Source of the DNA: Eubacteriales bacterium
Lineage (GTDB): Bacteria; Bacillota; Clostridia; Oscillospirales; Acutalibacteraceae
Reading direction: 5' to 3'
Length of the DNA stretch: 64,000 nucleotides
Assembly: GCA_047834405.1 (NCBI GenBank)
Contig: CP181263.1
Location: 1,494,618-1,558,617 of the forward strand
Shown here: positions 47,766 to 57,881 of the stretch, piece after piece
How positions within the stretch are numbered: the first letter of the stretch is position 1
Layout: every line of letters begins with the position of its first letter
Notes under the pieces: model-generated
Seen by the model: only the letters and a program-made list of their open reading frames with translations
The model's database searches: none
Told to the model about the DNA's origin: nothing
Translations under genes and position numbers: made by a program

Positions 47766-48572
47766 ATGATACGCCTGACAGATAAAGAATTTAACGATAT
47801 TGTTACTTATATAAAAAGCAATTATGGCATTAATCTTACAAAGAAAAGGCAGCTGATTGAATCCAGGATGCAGGCTGTCCTGGTAAGCAAGGGCTTCACA
47901 AATTTTACGGATTATTTTAATCTGGTTAAGCAAAACAAGTCCGATGAAGTTACGTTGATGCTCAATAAGCTGACGACAAATCATACGTATTTCTACCGGG
48001 AGCCTGCTCACTTTGAATTCATGAGGAAAGTTTTCCTTCCGATGCAGGAAAAAACAAATACCCGTAAAGTCCTCCGTATCTGGAGTGCCGGCTGCTCTTC
48101 TGGGGAAGAAGCATACACGACCATCATGACGATGATGGAATACTTCGGTATAAAAAAAGCAAGCTGGGATTTCCGGATTCTGGCAACGGATATTTCCTTG
48201 AAAGCAATGGAGGCTGCAAAAAACGGGGTTTATGGTGAAGAATCGTTAAAAGAGCTTCCCAAAACGTGGAAAATGAAGTATTTTAATAAGCAGGGGGACG
48301 AATATTATGAACTGAAGGATGAAGTTCGGAACCAGGTTATTTTCAAGCGGCTGAATCTTATGGATCCTTTTCCGTATCAACAGCCTTTTGATCTGATCTT
48401 TTGCAGGAATGTTATGATCTATTTTGATCAACCCACGAAAAACGCTTTGATCAATAAATTTTATAATGCATTAAAATCAGGCGGTTATCTGTTTATTGGG
48501 CATTCTGAAACGGTTCAGAGGGACACATCCCCGTTCATATATGTTGAACCTTCAATATATCGGAAAGGATAA
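47766..48572 (+). CDS. cheR: Chemotaxis methyltransferase CheR
   Basis: Motifs TTNHTYFYRE, WSAGCSSGEEAYT, FCRNVMIYF and FIGHSE. Confidence 0.96.
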   Translation: MIRLTDKEFNDIVTYIKSNYGINLTKKRQLIESRMQAVLVSKGFTNFTDYFNLVKQNKSDEVTLMLNKLTTNHTYFYREPAHFEFMRKVFLPMQEKTNTRKVLRIWSAGCSSGEEAYTTIMTMMEYFGIKKASWDFRILATDISLKAMEAAKNGVYGEESLKELPKTWKMKYFNKQGDEYYELKDEVRNQVIFKRLNLMDPFPYQQPFDLIFCRNVMIYFDQPTKNALINKFYNALKSGGYLFIGHSETVQRDTSPFIYVEPSIYRKG

Positions 48573-48578
48573 TTTTAG

Positions 48579-49610
48579 ATGCCGATAAATCATAGGGTCA
48601 GAGTTCTTATTGTTGATGATTCGCTTTTTTTTCGCACGGCGTTGCAGAAAGCGCTGCTGAATAATCCGGATATCGAGATTATTGGAACCGCGGGAAATGT
48701 GGCGGAAGCAGAGAAAAAAATAAAGGAATTATCGCCGGATGTCGTTACAATGGATGTGGAAATGCCGGATAGCAGAGGAACCGATTTTTTAAAAAAGCTG
48801 CTCCCTGCACATCCTTTGCCCGTCGTTCTTGTAAGCTCGCTGGATATTGGGATTTTTGAGGCGTTGAGCGCAGGTGCCGTTGATTTTGTTCAAAAGCCGA
48901 ATTTGAAAAGTAGTGAGGATTTCGCTGTTTTTTCGCAGGAACTCAGTCAAAAGATAAAAGTTGCTTCATCCGCAAAGGTAAAGAAAACGCCGGCGTCGGC
49001 GGCTTCTTTACCTTTGCCTGCGCTTTCCAAAAGCGCAAATAGTGAACATATCATCGCTATTGGGGCCTCTACCGGGGGAACGGAGGCTACCGCTGAAATT
49101 TTGAAACAGCTTCCGGCGGATATTCCGGGTATTTTAATAGTACAGCATATGCCGGTCGGCTTTACGAAAATGTATGCGGACAGGCTCAACAAGCTGTGTA
49201 AGTTTACTGTATTGGAGGCGCAGAATGGTGATCGTGTGAAACAGGGGCAGGCGCTGGTTGCCGCGGGCGACAAACATATGACCCTTGAAAAGGATTACAA
49301 GGGCTATTATGTAAAGTGTACCAAGGGCGAAAAAGTCAGCGGCCATTGTCCTTCGGTAGATGTTATGTTCCGTTCGGTTGCGAAAACGGCGGGGAAGGAT
49401 GCCATTGGGGTTATCCTGACCGGTATGGGCAGGGATGGCGCCAGCGGCTTGCTTGAGATGCGCAAAAGCGGCTCCTTTACAATCGGACAGGACAAACAGA
49501 CCAGTGTTGTTTATGGGATGCCGATGGTTGCGTTTGATATCGGCGCCGTTGTGAAACAAGCGCCTATCCATGCGATTGCAGGGATTATTATTCAAAAATT
49601 GAATAAATGA
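48579..49610 (+). CDS. cheB: Chemotaxis methylesterase CheB (receiver + esterase)
   Basis: Motifs VDDS, TMDVEMP, GASTGG, VQHMP and LTGMGRDG. Confidence 0.96.
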   Translation: MPINHRVRVLIVDDSLFFRTALQKALLNNPDIEIIGTAGNVAEAEKKIKELSPDVVTMDVEMPDSRGTDFLKKLLPAHPLPVVLVSSLDIGIFEALSAGAVDFVQKPNLKSSEDFAVFSQELSQKIKVASSAKVKKTPASAASLPLPALSKSANSEHIIAIGASTGGTEATAEILKQLPADIPGILIVQHMPVGFTKMYADRLNKLCKFTVLEAQNGDRVKQGQALVAAGDKHMTLEKDYKGYYVKCTKGEKVSGHCPSVDVMFRSVAKTAGKDAIGVILTGMGRDGASGLLEMRKSGSFTIGQDKQTSVVYGMPMVAFDIGAVVKQAPIHAIAGIIIQKLNK

Positions 49611-49770
49611 TGCATTTAATACATCAAACACCTTTTAGGGTTTCCGCTTAATTTCAAATACCGTTGATATAATTTACGAAGAAAAGCGCTCGAATTTTGC
49701 TGTATGCAAAAGGACGCGTATCTTTTCTTGTACTGTATTTTTTATACAACTAAGAAGGAACGTGGAATAA

Positions 49771-51834
49771 ATGAACAAAAAAGGGAAAAGAACTAGTTTA
49801 AAAAAAGCATTGCTTTTAGGAATGGTGGGGCTTACCGTATCGGTCAGTCTTGTATGCAGTATAGCAAACGGTTTTATAATCTATAAAAACTGTCAAAATA
49901 ACATGGTCTCCATGGTACAGTCGAATGCAAATTCCTATAATGAAGCTGTTAAAAATGCAATTGCAGCATTAAAAATCAAAGCGGAAGCCATTGCAAGTGA
50001 AAGTCAGATAACGGACGCAACGGATCCGGCTGCGCAAAAAGTCCTGTTGACAAAACTTAGCGAACAATATGGCTTTGAAGATGTTAATTTAGCCGACGCA
50101 AGTGGAAAAACAACAAATGGAACAGATATCAGCGACCGCGATTATTTCCAAAAAGCCATCGCCGGCCAGACGTACATTTCCAGTACGGTTACACGAAAGA
50201 CGGATTCCGGCATTGTGATGTTTGTTGCGGCCAAAATTAACAACGGGTCAAATTATAACGGGATTGTCTACGCAAGCTTGTCAAGCGATACCTTTGCGAA
50301 AATGATTGACAACGTATCGGTCGGGAATAAGGGATATGGCTTTATTGTTGATAAAACCGGGAAATTCATAGCGCATAAAGACCGGAATAATGTCAACAAC
50401 TTTATCAACTATATTGAAAAGGCGCAGGAGAATCATTCCTATGACAGCGCGGCTTCCCTTGTCAAGGATATGATCGCGTGTAAGACAGGAAGCCAAACGG
50501 TTACAATCGACGGTGTCCGTGAACTGGTTGCCTACTGCCCGATCGACGAAACAGACGGCTGGTCGTTGGGTGTCAGCGCAGATTACAGCGAGATGATGCG
50601 ATCTTATTACATATCCCTTTTCATTACGGGTGTTCTGCTGCTTGTGTTTATTGTTATTTCCAGCATTTTTGCTGTTCGGATCGCCAATACGATTACCAAG
50701 CCCATTGAAAACCTTGTACAAAGGATTAAACTGCTTGCGGAGGGCGATCTGCATACCGAAGTCCCCGTTATCCGCGCCCGCAATGAACTCGGCGATTTAG
50801 CGGATTCTTTTTCGAATACAATTGAAACACTTACAAGATATATCGGCGAAATTGCACTTGTGCTGGACAGCCTTTCGTGCGGAGACTGTACGATTCAACC
50901 CGAGGAGGATTATAAAGGCGACTTTGTAACCATTAAAGATTCGCTGAATGCAATTACTGAAAATCTGAACCGTATGTTTACGGAAATTAACCAGTCTGCG
51001 GATCAGGTAGCCAGCGGTTCCGATCAGGTTTCGAGCGCCGCGCAGGCTTTGTCACAGGGGGCTACGGAGCAAGCCAGCTCGATTCAGGAGCTTTCTGCGT
51101 CCATTACTGAAATTGCCGAAGAAGTCAATAAGAACGCGGATCATTCACAGCAGGCAAATCAGTATTCGCTTGAAGCTTCCGAGGAAGTGGAACGCGGAAA
51201 TGAACATATGCGGCAGCTTGTTAACGCAATGGTGGAGATTAACGAATCCTCCAAGCAGATTGAAAAGATTATTAAGACCATTGAGGATATCGCCTTCCAG
51301 ACCAACATTCTTGCGCTGAACGCTGCGGTTGAAGCGGCAAGGGCCGGATCGGCGGGCAAGGGTTTTGCGGTTGTTGCCGATGAAGTCCGCAACCTTGCAA
51401 GCAAGAGCGCAGAAGCGGCGAAAGATACCACCTTGCTGATTCAGAACTCCATCAAAGCTGTTGAAAACGGCTCGTGGATTGCGAGTGAAACCGAAGAATC
51501 GCTCAATGCGATTATTGAAAAAGTGAAGAATACAACGGATTTGATCCGGGAAATTTCCAAATCCTCTCAAGGTCAGGCGTCTTCCATCAATCAGATTACA
51601 TTGGGAGTCGATCAGATTTCTGCGGTTGTACAGACGAACTCCGCTACTGCGGAGCAAAGCGCTGCGGCTAGTGAGGAGTTAAACGGGCAGGCGCAGCAGT
51701 TGAAGAATATTTTATCTACGCTGAAGCTCAGAGATGTATCCGGCGAAATCCGGCAGAATACTGGCATTGAATTTTCCGAGCCGGAAGCATCCGGCAGCCT
51801 CGAGGAGATCCCTTCCGATAACGATAAATATTAA
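49771..51834 (+). CDS. Methyl-accepting chemotaxis protein (dCache, HAMP)
   Basis: Two TM helices, Cache motif RDYFQKA and [17 protein letters not shown]. Confidence 0.93.
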   Translation: MNKKGKRTSLKKALLLGMVGLTVSVSLVCSIANGFIIYKNCQNNMVSMVQSNANSYNEAVKNAIAALKIKAEAIASESQITDATDPAAQKVLLTKLSEQYGFEDVNLADASGKTTNGTDISDRDYFQKAIAGQTYISSTVTRKTDSGIVMFVAAKINNGSNYNGIVYASLSSDTFAKMIDNVSVGNKGYGFIVDKTGKFIAHKDRNNVNNFINYIEKAQENHSYDSAASLVKDMIACKTGSQTVTIDGVRELVAYCPIDETDGWSLGVSADYSEMMRSYYISLFITGVLLLVFIVISSIFAVRIANTITKPIENLVQRIKLLAEGDLHTEVPVIRARNELGDLADSFSNTIETLTRYIGEIALVLDSLSCGDCTIQPEEDYKGDFVTIKDSLNAITENLNRMFTEINQSADQVASGSDQVSSAAQALSQGATEQASSIQELSASITEIAEEVNKNADHSQQANQYSLEASEEVERGNEHMRQLVNAMVEINESSKQIEKIIKTIEDIAFQTNILALNAAVEAARAGSAGKGFAVVADEVRNLASKSAEAAKDTTLLIQNSIKAVENGSWIASETEESLNAIIEKVKNTTDLIREISKSSQGQASSINQITLGVDQISAVVQTNSATAEQSAAASEELNGQAQQLKNILSTLKLRDVSGEIRQNTGIEFSEPEASGSLEEIPSDNDKY

Positions 51835-51848
51835 GATTCCTTCTACCA

Positions 51849-51882
51849 CCCCCTGCGGTCCAAACCCGCAGGGGGATTTTTT
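51849..51882. terminator. Terminator between convergent MCP and comM
   Basis: CCCCTGCGG/CCGCAGGGG then a T run. Confidence 0.8.
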
Positions 51883-53413
51883 ATAATTCCTTCATCCAGT
51901 ATTTCCGGTCCAGGCTTCGGTACTGGATTGCCTCCGCAATATGCCTTGGCTCAATTTCTTCGCTTTGGTCCAGATCCGCAATGGTTCTGGATACTTTCAG
52001 TATCCGGTCGTAAGCCCGTGCGGAAAGGCCGAGCTTTTCAAATGCTTTTTTCAGAAGTGCTCGGCTAGGGTCGCTTAAGCGGCAGGTTTCGTGCAGAATA
52101 TCCGGTGTAATGCGGGCATTGCAGGCAATGGAGGTGCCCTTGAACCGTTCGTTCTGTATCTTCCGCGCCGCATTAACGCGGGCTTTTATAACGCTGGAAC
52201 TCTCGGCCTTTTCGTCTGAACTGATTTCATCAAATTCGACGGGCGGCACCTCGATGTGCAAATCGAGCCGGTCAAGCAGCGGGCCGGAAACGCGGGAAAG
52301 ATACCGGGAGACAGCGTTGGCGGTACAGGTGCAGGGCTTTGTCGGATGCCCGAAGTACCCGCATGGGCAGGGGTTCATTGCGGCGACAAGCATGACCGTA
52401 CAGGGATAGGATATGGTTCCGTTTACGCGGGAAATCGTCACTTTCCCGTCTTCAATCGGCTGGCGCAGAACCTCCATCGCACTACGTGAAAATTCCGGTA
52501 GCTCGTCCAAAAACAGAACGCCGTTGTGCGCAAGGGACATCTCCCCCGGGCGCGGGATGCTCCCGCCGCCGGAAAGCCCCGCGGGGGATACCGTATGGTG
52601 CGGTGAGCGGAACGGCCGGGTTCGTATTAAGGAAACCCCGTCCGGCATGGTTCCCGCTATCGAGTGTATTTTTGTTGTTTCAATGGTTTCTTCGAAAGTC
52701 ATATCCGGCAAGATGGAAGGAAGCCGTTTCGCAAGCATGCTCTTGCCGGCGCCCGGAGAACCGATTAAAAGGACATTGTGCCCGCCCGCCGCCGCAATTT
52801 CCAGCGCGCGCTTCGCTTCAAACTGGCCGCGTACTTCCGAAAAATCCGGGAGTGGGACGGAGGTGAAAGGGGTATCCGTGTTTTTACCGGCGGGAAGAAT
52901 TTTTTCCTCCCCGGTCAGGTGCCGGATCAGGGAGGGCAAATCCTTTACGGGGTAGACGGTGATTCCTTCAACAACAACGCCTTCGGGGGCATTTTGCGCG
53001 GGAATATACAGCTTGCGGAAACCGCTTTTCTGCGCCTGTATTGCCATCGGAAGAATCCCGCGTACGGGCCGGGCCTCACCGTTTAAGGACAGTTCCCCGA
53101 TAAATACGCTGTCCTCTAAATCCGCCCCAAGCTGCCCGCTGGCCTGCATAAGGGCTATAAAAAGCGGCAGGTCGTAAATCGGCCCTTCCTTGCGCTTGTC
53201 TGCCGGTGCAAGGTTCACCGTTATTTTATGTACGGGAAATGTGAAACCGCAGTTTTTCATGGCGGAACGCACCCGGTCACGCGACTCTCTTACTGCGGCG
53301 TCCGGAAGGCCTACCACGTCGAAACCGGGTAATCCGACGCTCACATCCGCTTCCACCGTGACCACAAAAGCGTCCATGCCGTACAGCCCCATGCTGAAAG
53401 AACGAGATACCAT
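51881..53413 (-). CDS. comM: YifB/ComM Mg-chelatase-like AAA+ ATPase
   Basis: Motifs [40 protein letters not shown] and SGPLLDRLD. Confidence 0.93.
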   Translation of the reverse strand: MVSRSFSMGLYGMDAFVVTVEADVSVGLPGFDVVGLPDAAVRESRDRVRSAMKNCGFTFPVHKITVNLAPADKRKEGPIYDLPLFIALMQASGQLGADLEDSVFIGELSLNGEARPVRGILPMAIQAQKSGFRKLYIPAQNAPEGVVVEGITVYPVKDLPSLIRHLTGEEKILPAGKNTDTPFTSVPLPDFSEVRGQFEAKRALEIAAAGGHNVLLIGSPGAGKSMLAKRLPSILPDMTFEETIETTKIHSIAGTMPDGVSLIRTRPFRSPHHTVSPAGLSGGGSIPRPGEMSLAHNGVLFLDELPEFSRSAMEVLRQPIEDGKVTISRVNGTISYPCTVMLVAAMNPCPCGYFGHPTKPCTCTANAVSRYLSRVSGPLLDRLDLHIEVPPVEFDEISSDEKAESSSVIKARVNAARKIQNERFKGTSIACNARITPDILHETCRLSDPSRALLKKAFEKLGLSARAYDRILKVSRTIADLDQSEEIEPRHIAEAIQYRSLDRKYWMKEL

Positions 53414-53503
53414 TGCCTTTCCTCCTAATATCGAATAATAACATTATACTCTGTTCGAATTCCAATCGCAAATTTATGTGAATGAAGAATAAATTATTTC
53501 TTG

Positions 53504-53532
53504 TTTACAGAACATAAGTTCTGATGTATAAT
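53504..53532 (+). promoter_or_regulatory. dinB promoter with LexA (SOS/Cheo) box
   Basis: TTTACA-N17-TATAAT with GAAC-ATAA-GTTC (53510-53521) in the spacer. Confidence 0.82.
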
Positions 53533-53564
53533 TAAAAAAAGAACGGATGAAAGGAGGCGGAAAG

Positions 53565-54779
53565 TTGGAACGGATCATCCTGCATTGCGATCTGAATAAT
53601 TTTTTTGCTTCCGTTGAATGCAGGGATCATCCCGAGCTGAAAGAGCGCCCCGTTGCGGTATGCGGTAGTGTGGAAGACCGCCACGGGATTGTCCTTGCGA
53701 AAAATGAATGCGCAAAGCGGTTCGGCGTAAAAACGGCCGAAACGGTCTGGCAGGCGAAAAGGAAATGCCCCGACCTTTTCATTGTTCCGCCTCATTTTAG
53801 CCGGTATTATTATTTTTCAAATTTAATCAAACAAATTTACCTTTGCTATACAAATCAGGTGGAATCCTTCGGGATTGACGAATGCTGGCTGGACGTTACC
53901 GGAAGCACCCGGCTTTTCGGCAGCGGGATGGATATTGCCGAGGAAATTCGGGCGCGAACAAAAGCGGAAGCCGGTTTGACGGTTTCCATTGGCGTAAGCT
54001 TCAACAAAGTGTTTGCAAAATTAGGGAGCGACCTGAAAAAGCCGGATGCCGTAACGGAAATCAGCCGCGAGAATTTTAAGGAAAAAATATGGCCTTTGCC
54101 TGTTGATGCCATGCTGGGCGTTGGGAAAATAACGAGCAAGCGTTTGAACGGGCTGGGGGTCCGGACAATCGGCGATCTTGCGGCGCTGGATTTGAAGCAG
54201 GCGGTTTCCATTTTCGGGAAAGCGGGAGAAGACATGTGGCGGAATGCAAACGGCCTTAACCAATCCGAGGTTTTGGAAGCCGACGCGGACCCGCCGCCCA
54301 AAAGCATAGGGAACAGCGTCACCTGTGTTCACGATTTGTTTGACATGGAGGAAGTTTGGCCGGTGCTTTTGCATCTGTCGGAAAAAATATCCTGCCGGAT
54401 GCGCGACGCCGGCGTGATTGCTTCGGGGCTCCAGCTTTCTGTGAAAGACAATCGTTTGCATGTTACGCAACATCAGATGCGTTTTCCGGCTCCGACACGC
54501 CTTACCATGGATTTGGCGTGCGCCGCAAGGGACCTTTTCCGGAAAAATTATCCCTGGAAAGCCCCGGTTCGTGCCTTGGGAATCAGCGGCTTTGCTTTGC
54601 TTCCCGATTCGGAAATGCAGCAGACGTCCCTCTTTGAAAATATCCTCGAGAAGGAAAGAGACGAGCGGCTGGAAAGGCAGTTGGACGCCCTGCGCGATAA
54701 ATTCGGAAAGGCGTCCATTACACGCGCCGCGTTAATGCAGCCGATGCCTTTGCCGAGCGAAAAGGACGGGAAAAAATAG
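53565..54779 (+). CDS. dinB: DNA polymerase IV
   Basis: Motifs ILHCDLNNFFASVE, GIDECWLDVT and KVFAKLGSD.KKPD. TTG start follows AGGAGG. Confidence 0.93.
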   Translation: MERIILHCDLNNFFASVECRDHPELKERPVAVCGSVEDRHGIVLAKNECAKRFGVKTAETVWQAKRKCPDLFIVPPHFSRYYYFSNLIKQIYLCYTNQVESFGIDECWLDVTGSTRLFGSGMDIAEEIRARTKAEAGLTVSIGVSFNKVFAKLGSDLKKPDAVTEISRENFKEKIWPLPVDAMLGVGKITSKRLNGLGVRTIGDLAALDLKQAVSIFGKAGEDMWRNANGLNQSEVLEADADPPPKSIGNSVTCVHDLFDMEEVWPVLLHLSEKISCRMRDAGVIASGLQLSVKDNRLHVTQHQMRFPAPTRLTMDLACAARDLFRKNYPWKAPVRALGISGFALLPDSEMQQTSLFENILEKERDERLERQLDALRDKFGKASITRAALMQPMPLPSEKDGKK

Positions 54780-54861
54780 AAAACTTGTTAAAAAAATAAT
54801 GGCTTAAAAATATTTTTTTATAAAATAAAACAAATATTTAGCTCCAAAAGCAAAATATTTG

Positions 54862-54890
54862 TTGACTTACTCGCCGGAATGCGGTATGAT
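54862..54890 (+). promoter_or_regulatory. sigA promoter upstream of sigH
   Basis: TTGACT-N17-TATGAT. Confidence 0.7.
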
Positions 54891-54959
54891 ATATACAGTT
54901 TTTTAATTTCATGTTGCCATGAGGTGTTGGGCTTGGTTGTTCATGACCATTGTAATGAG

Positions 54960-55523
54960 ATGGCAGATTGTACCGACGATCAGCTTGTTCGCCTTGTGAG
55001 CGATGGGAATTCAGATGCTTTTGTTGAACTGACCGCGCGTTACATGTCGTTAATTCGGGCGAAGGCGGCTCCATTTTGCAGTACAATACTTGAAGCGGAT
55101 GATTTGTATCAGGAAGGATTAATGGGCCTTTTAAATGCGGCGCGTACTTATGACGCGTCCGGGAAAGCCGGTTTCAGAACGTATGCCGGTGTTTGCATTC
55201 AAAATCGAATCATTATGGCGTATCGTACATCTGGAAGAAAGAATTTGCCTCTTCATAATTCGGTTTCTCTAAACGACGACGGAGCGCACGTGGATATATC
55301 GAACTGTGCCATGGACCCGGAAACATTGCTGATGGACAGCGAAAGTTTCAAGGCAACGCAGCAGTGTATTAGACAATTGCTTTCCAAATTGGAACAGCAG
55401 GTTCTGATGCTTTATTTAGGCGGTTGTAGCTATGGCCAAATCGCTGAAAAACTCGGGGTGACCTCTAAGGCGGTTGATAATGCTTTACAGCGAGTTCGTC
55501 TGAAATTAAAACAACTGCTTTAG
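54960..55523 (+). CDS. sigH: RNA polymerase sigma-H factor
   Basis: Motifs DDLYQEGLMGL, FRTYAGVCI.NRI, SVSL and KAVDNALQRVR.KL. Start codon uncertain. Confidence 0.82.
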   Translation: MADCTDDQLVRLVSDGNSDAFVELTARYMSLIRAKAAPFCSTILEADDLYQEGLMGLLNAARTYDASGKAGFRTYAGVCIQNRIIMAYRTSGRKNLPLHNSVSLNDDGAHVDISNCAMDPETLLMDSESFKATQQCIRQLLSKLEQQVLMLYLGGCSYGQIAEKLGVTSKAVDNALQRVRLKLKQLL

Positions 55524-55537
55524 TAAAAACTAAATAT

Positions 55538-55600
55538 GCCCAGGTAGCTTAAGTAGAGCGTTGGTAATCAAAGGCGTCGGTGCGAATCCGTCTATGGGCA
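55538..55600 (+). ncRNA. tRNA-like structure (degenerate/pseudo-tRNA, Thr(GGT)-like)
   Basis: GCCCA/TGGGC acceptor, GCTT/GAGC D-stem, TTGGTAA, CGG-TGCGAAT-CCG T-arm. Anticodon arm is shortened and there is no CCA. Confidence 0.55.
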
Positions 55601-55630
55601 AATATCTTTATCCAAAGCGAGGTAAATTAA

Positions 55631-55906
55631 ATGTACGAAGACAAGACTCTCATCTGCAAAGAATGTGGCGCTGAATTTGTATTCACCGCCGGTGAGCAGG
55701 AATTCTATGCTTCCAAAGGCTTTGTAAATGAGCCGCAGAGATGCAAGGCCTGCCGCGATGCTCGTAAGAATGCCGCTAAGCCGGAGCGCGAGATGTTCAC
55801 AGCCATCTGCGCAAGCTGTGGCAAAGAAGCAAAGGTCCCCTTTAAGCCGCGTGAAGACCGTCCTGTATATTGCAGCGAGTGCTTTGCAAAGATGAGGGAA
55901 GAATAA
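55631..55906 (+). CDS. Zinc-ribbon protein (zf-trcl-like + CxxC-x17-CxxC domains)
   Basis: Motifs DKTLICKECG.EFVFTAGEQEFY and C-x2-C...FKP..DRPVYCSECF. Confidence 0.9.
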   Translation: MYEDKTLICKECGAEFVFTAGEQEFYASKGFVNEPQRCKACRDARKNAAKPEREMFTAICASCGKEAKVPFKPREDRPVYCSECFAKMREE

Positions 55907-55932
55907 GCATATATTTCTTATTCAAGACCAGG

Positions 55933-55962
55933 TACCCCGGATGTAAATCCGGGGTATTTTTT
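55933..55962 (+). terminator. Intrinsic terminator
   Basis: TACCCCGGAT/ATCCGGGGTA then T6. Confidence 0.85.
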
Positions 55963-56048
55963 GTAGAAAATAGAAATGTATTGCATTGCCGCGGCGCGGG
56001 TATTATAATAGACATGAAAAATATGCAGAATGCTGGAGGATTAAAATT

Positions 56049-56252
56049 ATGGCAGTTATAACAAAAGATACAATTATCGGAGATATTCTTGATATTGACA
56101 AAACTACGGCGCCGTTCTTTCTGGAAATGGGCATGCATTGCCTCGGCTGCCCTTCTTCACGCGGGGAAACTTTGGAGCAGGCCTGCATGGTGCATGGCGT
56201 AGATGTAAATGAGATGGTGGAAAAGCTGAACGCGCATATCGCTTCCAAGTAA
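56049..56252 (+). CDS. DUF1858 domain protein (hybrid-cluster-associated redox disulfide domain)
   Basis: Motif ITKDTIIGDIL...GMHCLGCPSS.GETLEQAC.VHG. Confidence 0.88.
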   Translation: MAVITKDTIIGDILDIDKTTAPFFLEMGMHCLGCPSSRGETLEQACMVHGVDVNEMVEKLNAHIASK

Positions 56253-56385
56253 TCCCGGCTTTGCAATATCCGGAAATTTTATTTAATGTATGAATATGGC
56301 CGTCCGTCAATCAAAATTGCCGGGCGGCAATTCGTTTTGAATCGAATTTTAACTGCTTTAAAATAGAAAATAGGAGGTTTCATCT

Positions 56386-57090
56386 GTGGGTTTGCATCCC
56401 TTATTTACTCTTGGCGGAAGGCTGCAGCTTTGCGCTTCCATGGTGCGCGACCAGACCGCTTTGGCGGATGTTGGAACAGATCACGCCTATCTTCCGATTT
56501 GGCTTGCAAAACAGGGGCGCATTTCAAAGGCCGTTGCCTCCGACATCCGGCCCGGTCCGCTGCAGACAGCAAGGGGGAATATCATCCGGTACCGTGTGCA
56601 GGATATCGTTACCACCCGCTTGTCGGACGGCCTGAAGGCGATACTTCCGAATGAAGCGGAGGATATCGTAATGGCGGGGATGGGCGGCGAGCTGATTAAA
56701 CAGATTCTCTCCGCTGCGCCATGGGTAAAGGAAGGACAGAGAAGGCTGATTTTGCAGCCAATGACCTCGATCCCCCCGCTTCGCTGCTTTTTGGCGGAGC
56801 AGGGCTTTGCCATCCTGCGGGAACAGGCGGTCATGGAGGAAAATCACGTGTATACCGTTATGCTTGCGCAGTATCAGCCGCAGGAAGTGGGTACCGGTAC
56901 ACTGTATCCTTATCTCGGCAAACTTGACGCCAAAACCGCGGATAACCGGGAATATATGTACCGGCTGGCTGCAAACTTAGAAAAAAAAGCACGCGGGCTT
57001 TGTCTTTCCAGCAAAAATAAGGATGCGGACGCATTAAACGAAATCATCCGCCAGATTCGAGAAATCGCGGACAAGGGGGAACAGCAATGA
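56386..57090 (+). CDS. trmK: tRNA (adenine22-N1)-methyltransferase
   Basis: Motifs LADVGTDHAYLPI, SDGL, IVMAGMGG and LILQPM. Confidence 0.9.
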   Translation: MGLHPLFTLGGRLQLCASMVRDQTALADVGTDHAYLPIWLAKQGRISKAVASDIRPGPLQTARGNIIRYRVQDIVTTRLSDGLKAILPNEAEDIVMAGMGGELIKQILSAAPWVKEGQRRLILQPMTSIPPLRCFLAEQGFAILREQAVMEENHVYTVMLAQYQPQEVGTGTLYPYLGKLDAKTADNREYMYRLAANLEKKARGLCLSSKNKDADALNEIIRQIREIADKGEQQ

Positions 57091-57881
57091 TATTCGTGGG
57101 GGACATATACGATTTTATCGACGGCATGGCGCCGTTTCATACGGCAATGGACTTTGATAATCCCGGCCTGCTGGTAGGCGGGCGCAATATGCCGGTTCAG
57201 TCGGCGCTGCTTTCGCTGGACATTACCCCTGCGGTTGTCCGGGAAGCAAAAGAGCTGCAGGCCGATCTGATTATCAGTCATCACCCGGTTATCTTCCGTC
57301 CTCTGAAACATATCGATACGGATACCGCGCCGTATCTGCTGGCCGAATGCGGCATTGCGGCAATCTGCGCCCATACCAACCTGGACATGGCCGCGGAAGG
57401 GGTCAACACCTGCCTTGCGAAACGGTTGGGACTGAAAAACATCCGTATGCTGAAGGAATATGGAAATACGGGCCTGCCGGAAGGCTTAGTCGGCGAAACG
57501 GAGCGGGAATATTCCCCGCGGGCGTTTGCCGAATTTGTCAGGGACGCCCTCGGCTGTGACGGGCTTCGTTATACGGACGGAGGCCGGGCCATTTCAAAAG
57601 TAGGGCTTTGCAGCGGCGGCGGCGCCGATCTGGTTTATGATGCGGCGGAATACGGCTGCCAGGCTTTTGTTACCGGCGAAAGCAAGCATAATATTTTGCT
57701 GGATGCCGAAAATATGGGGGTAACATTGGTGGACGCAGGCCATTTTTACACAGAGGATGTTGTGATAGAGCCGCTCATGGAAAAGCTGCAAAAACAATTT
57801 CCTCAGGTCCGCTTCGCGAAATCAAAGCGGATGCATAGTCCGGCAAAAACCATTGGATGTACCCGTACAGGAGGAATTTAA
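57087..57881 (+). CDS. Nif3-like dinuclear metal centre protein
   Basis: Motifs DNPGLLVG, SHHP, HTNLD, CSGGG and DAGHF.TE. Confidence 0.92.
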   Translation: MIFVGDIYDFIDGMAPFHTAMDFDNPGLLVGGRNMPVQSALLSLDITPAVVREAKELQADLIISHHPVIFRPLKHIDTDTAPYLLAECGIAAICAHTNLDMAAEGVNTCLAKRLGLKNIRMLKEYGNTGLPEGLVGETEREYSPRAFAEFVRDALGCDGLRYTDGGRAISKVGLCSGGGADLVYDAAEYGCQAFVTGESKHNILLDAENMGVTLVDAGHFYTEDVVIEPLMEKLQKQFPQVRFAKSKRMHSPAKTIGCTRTGGI

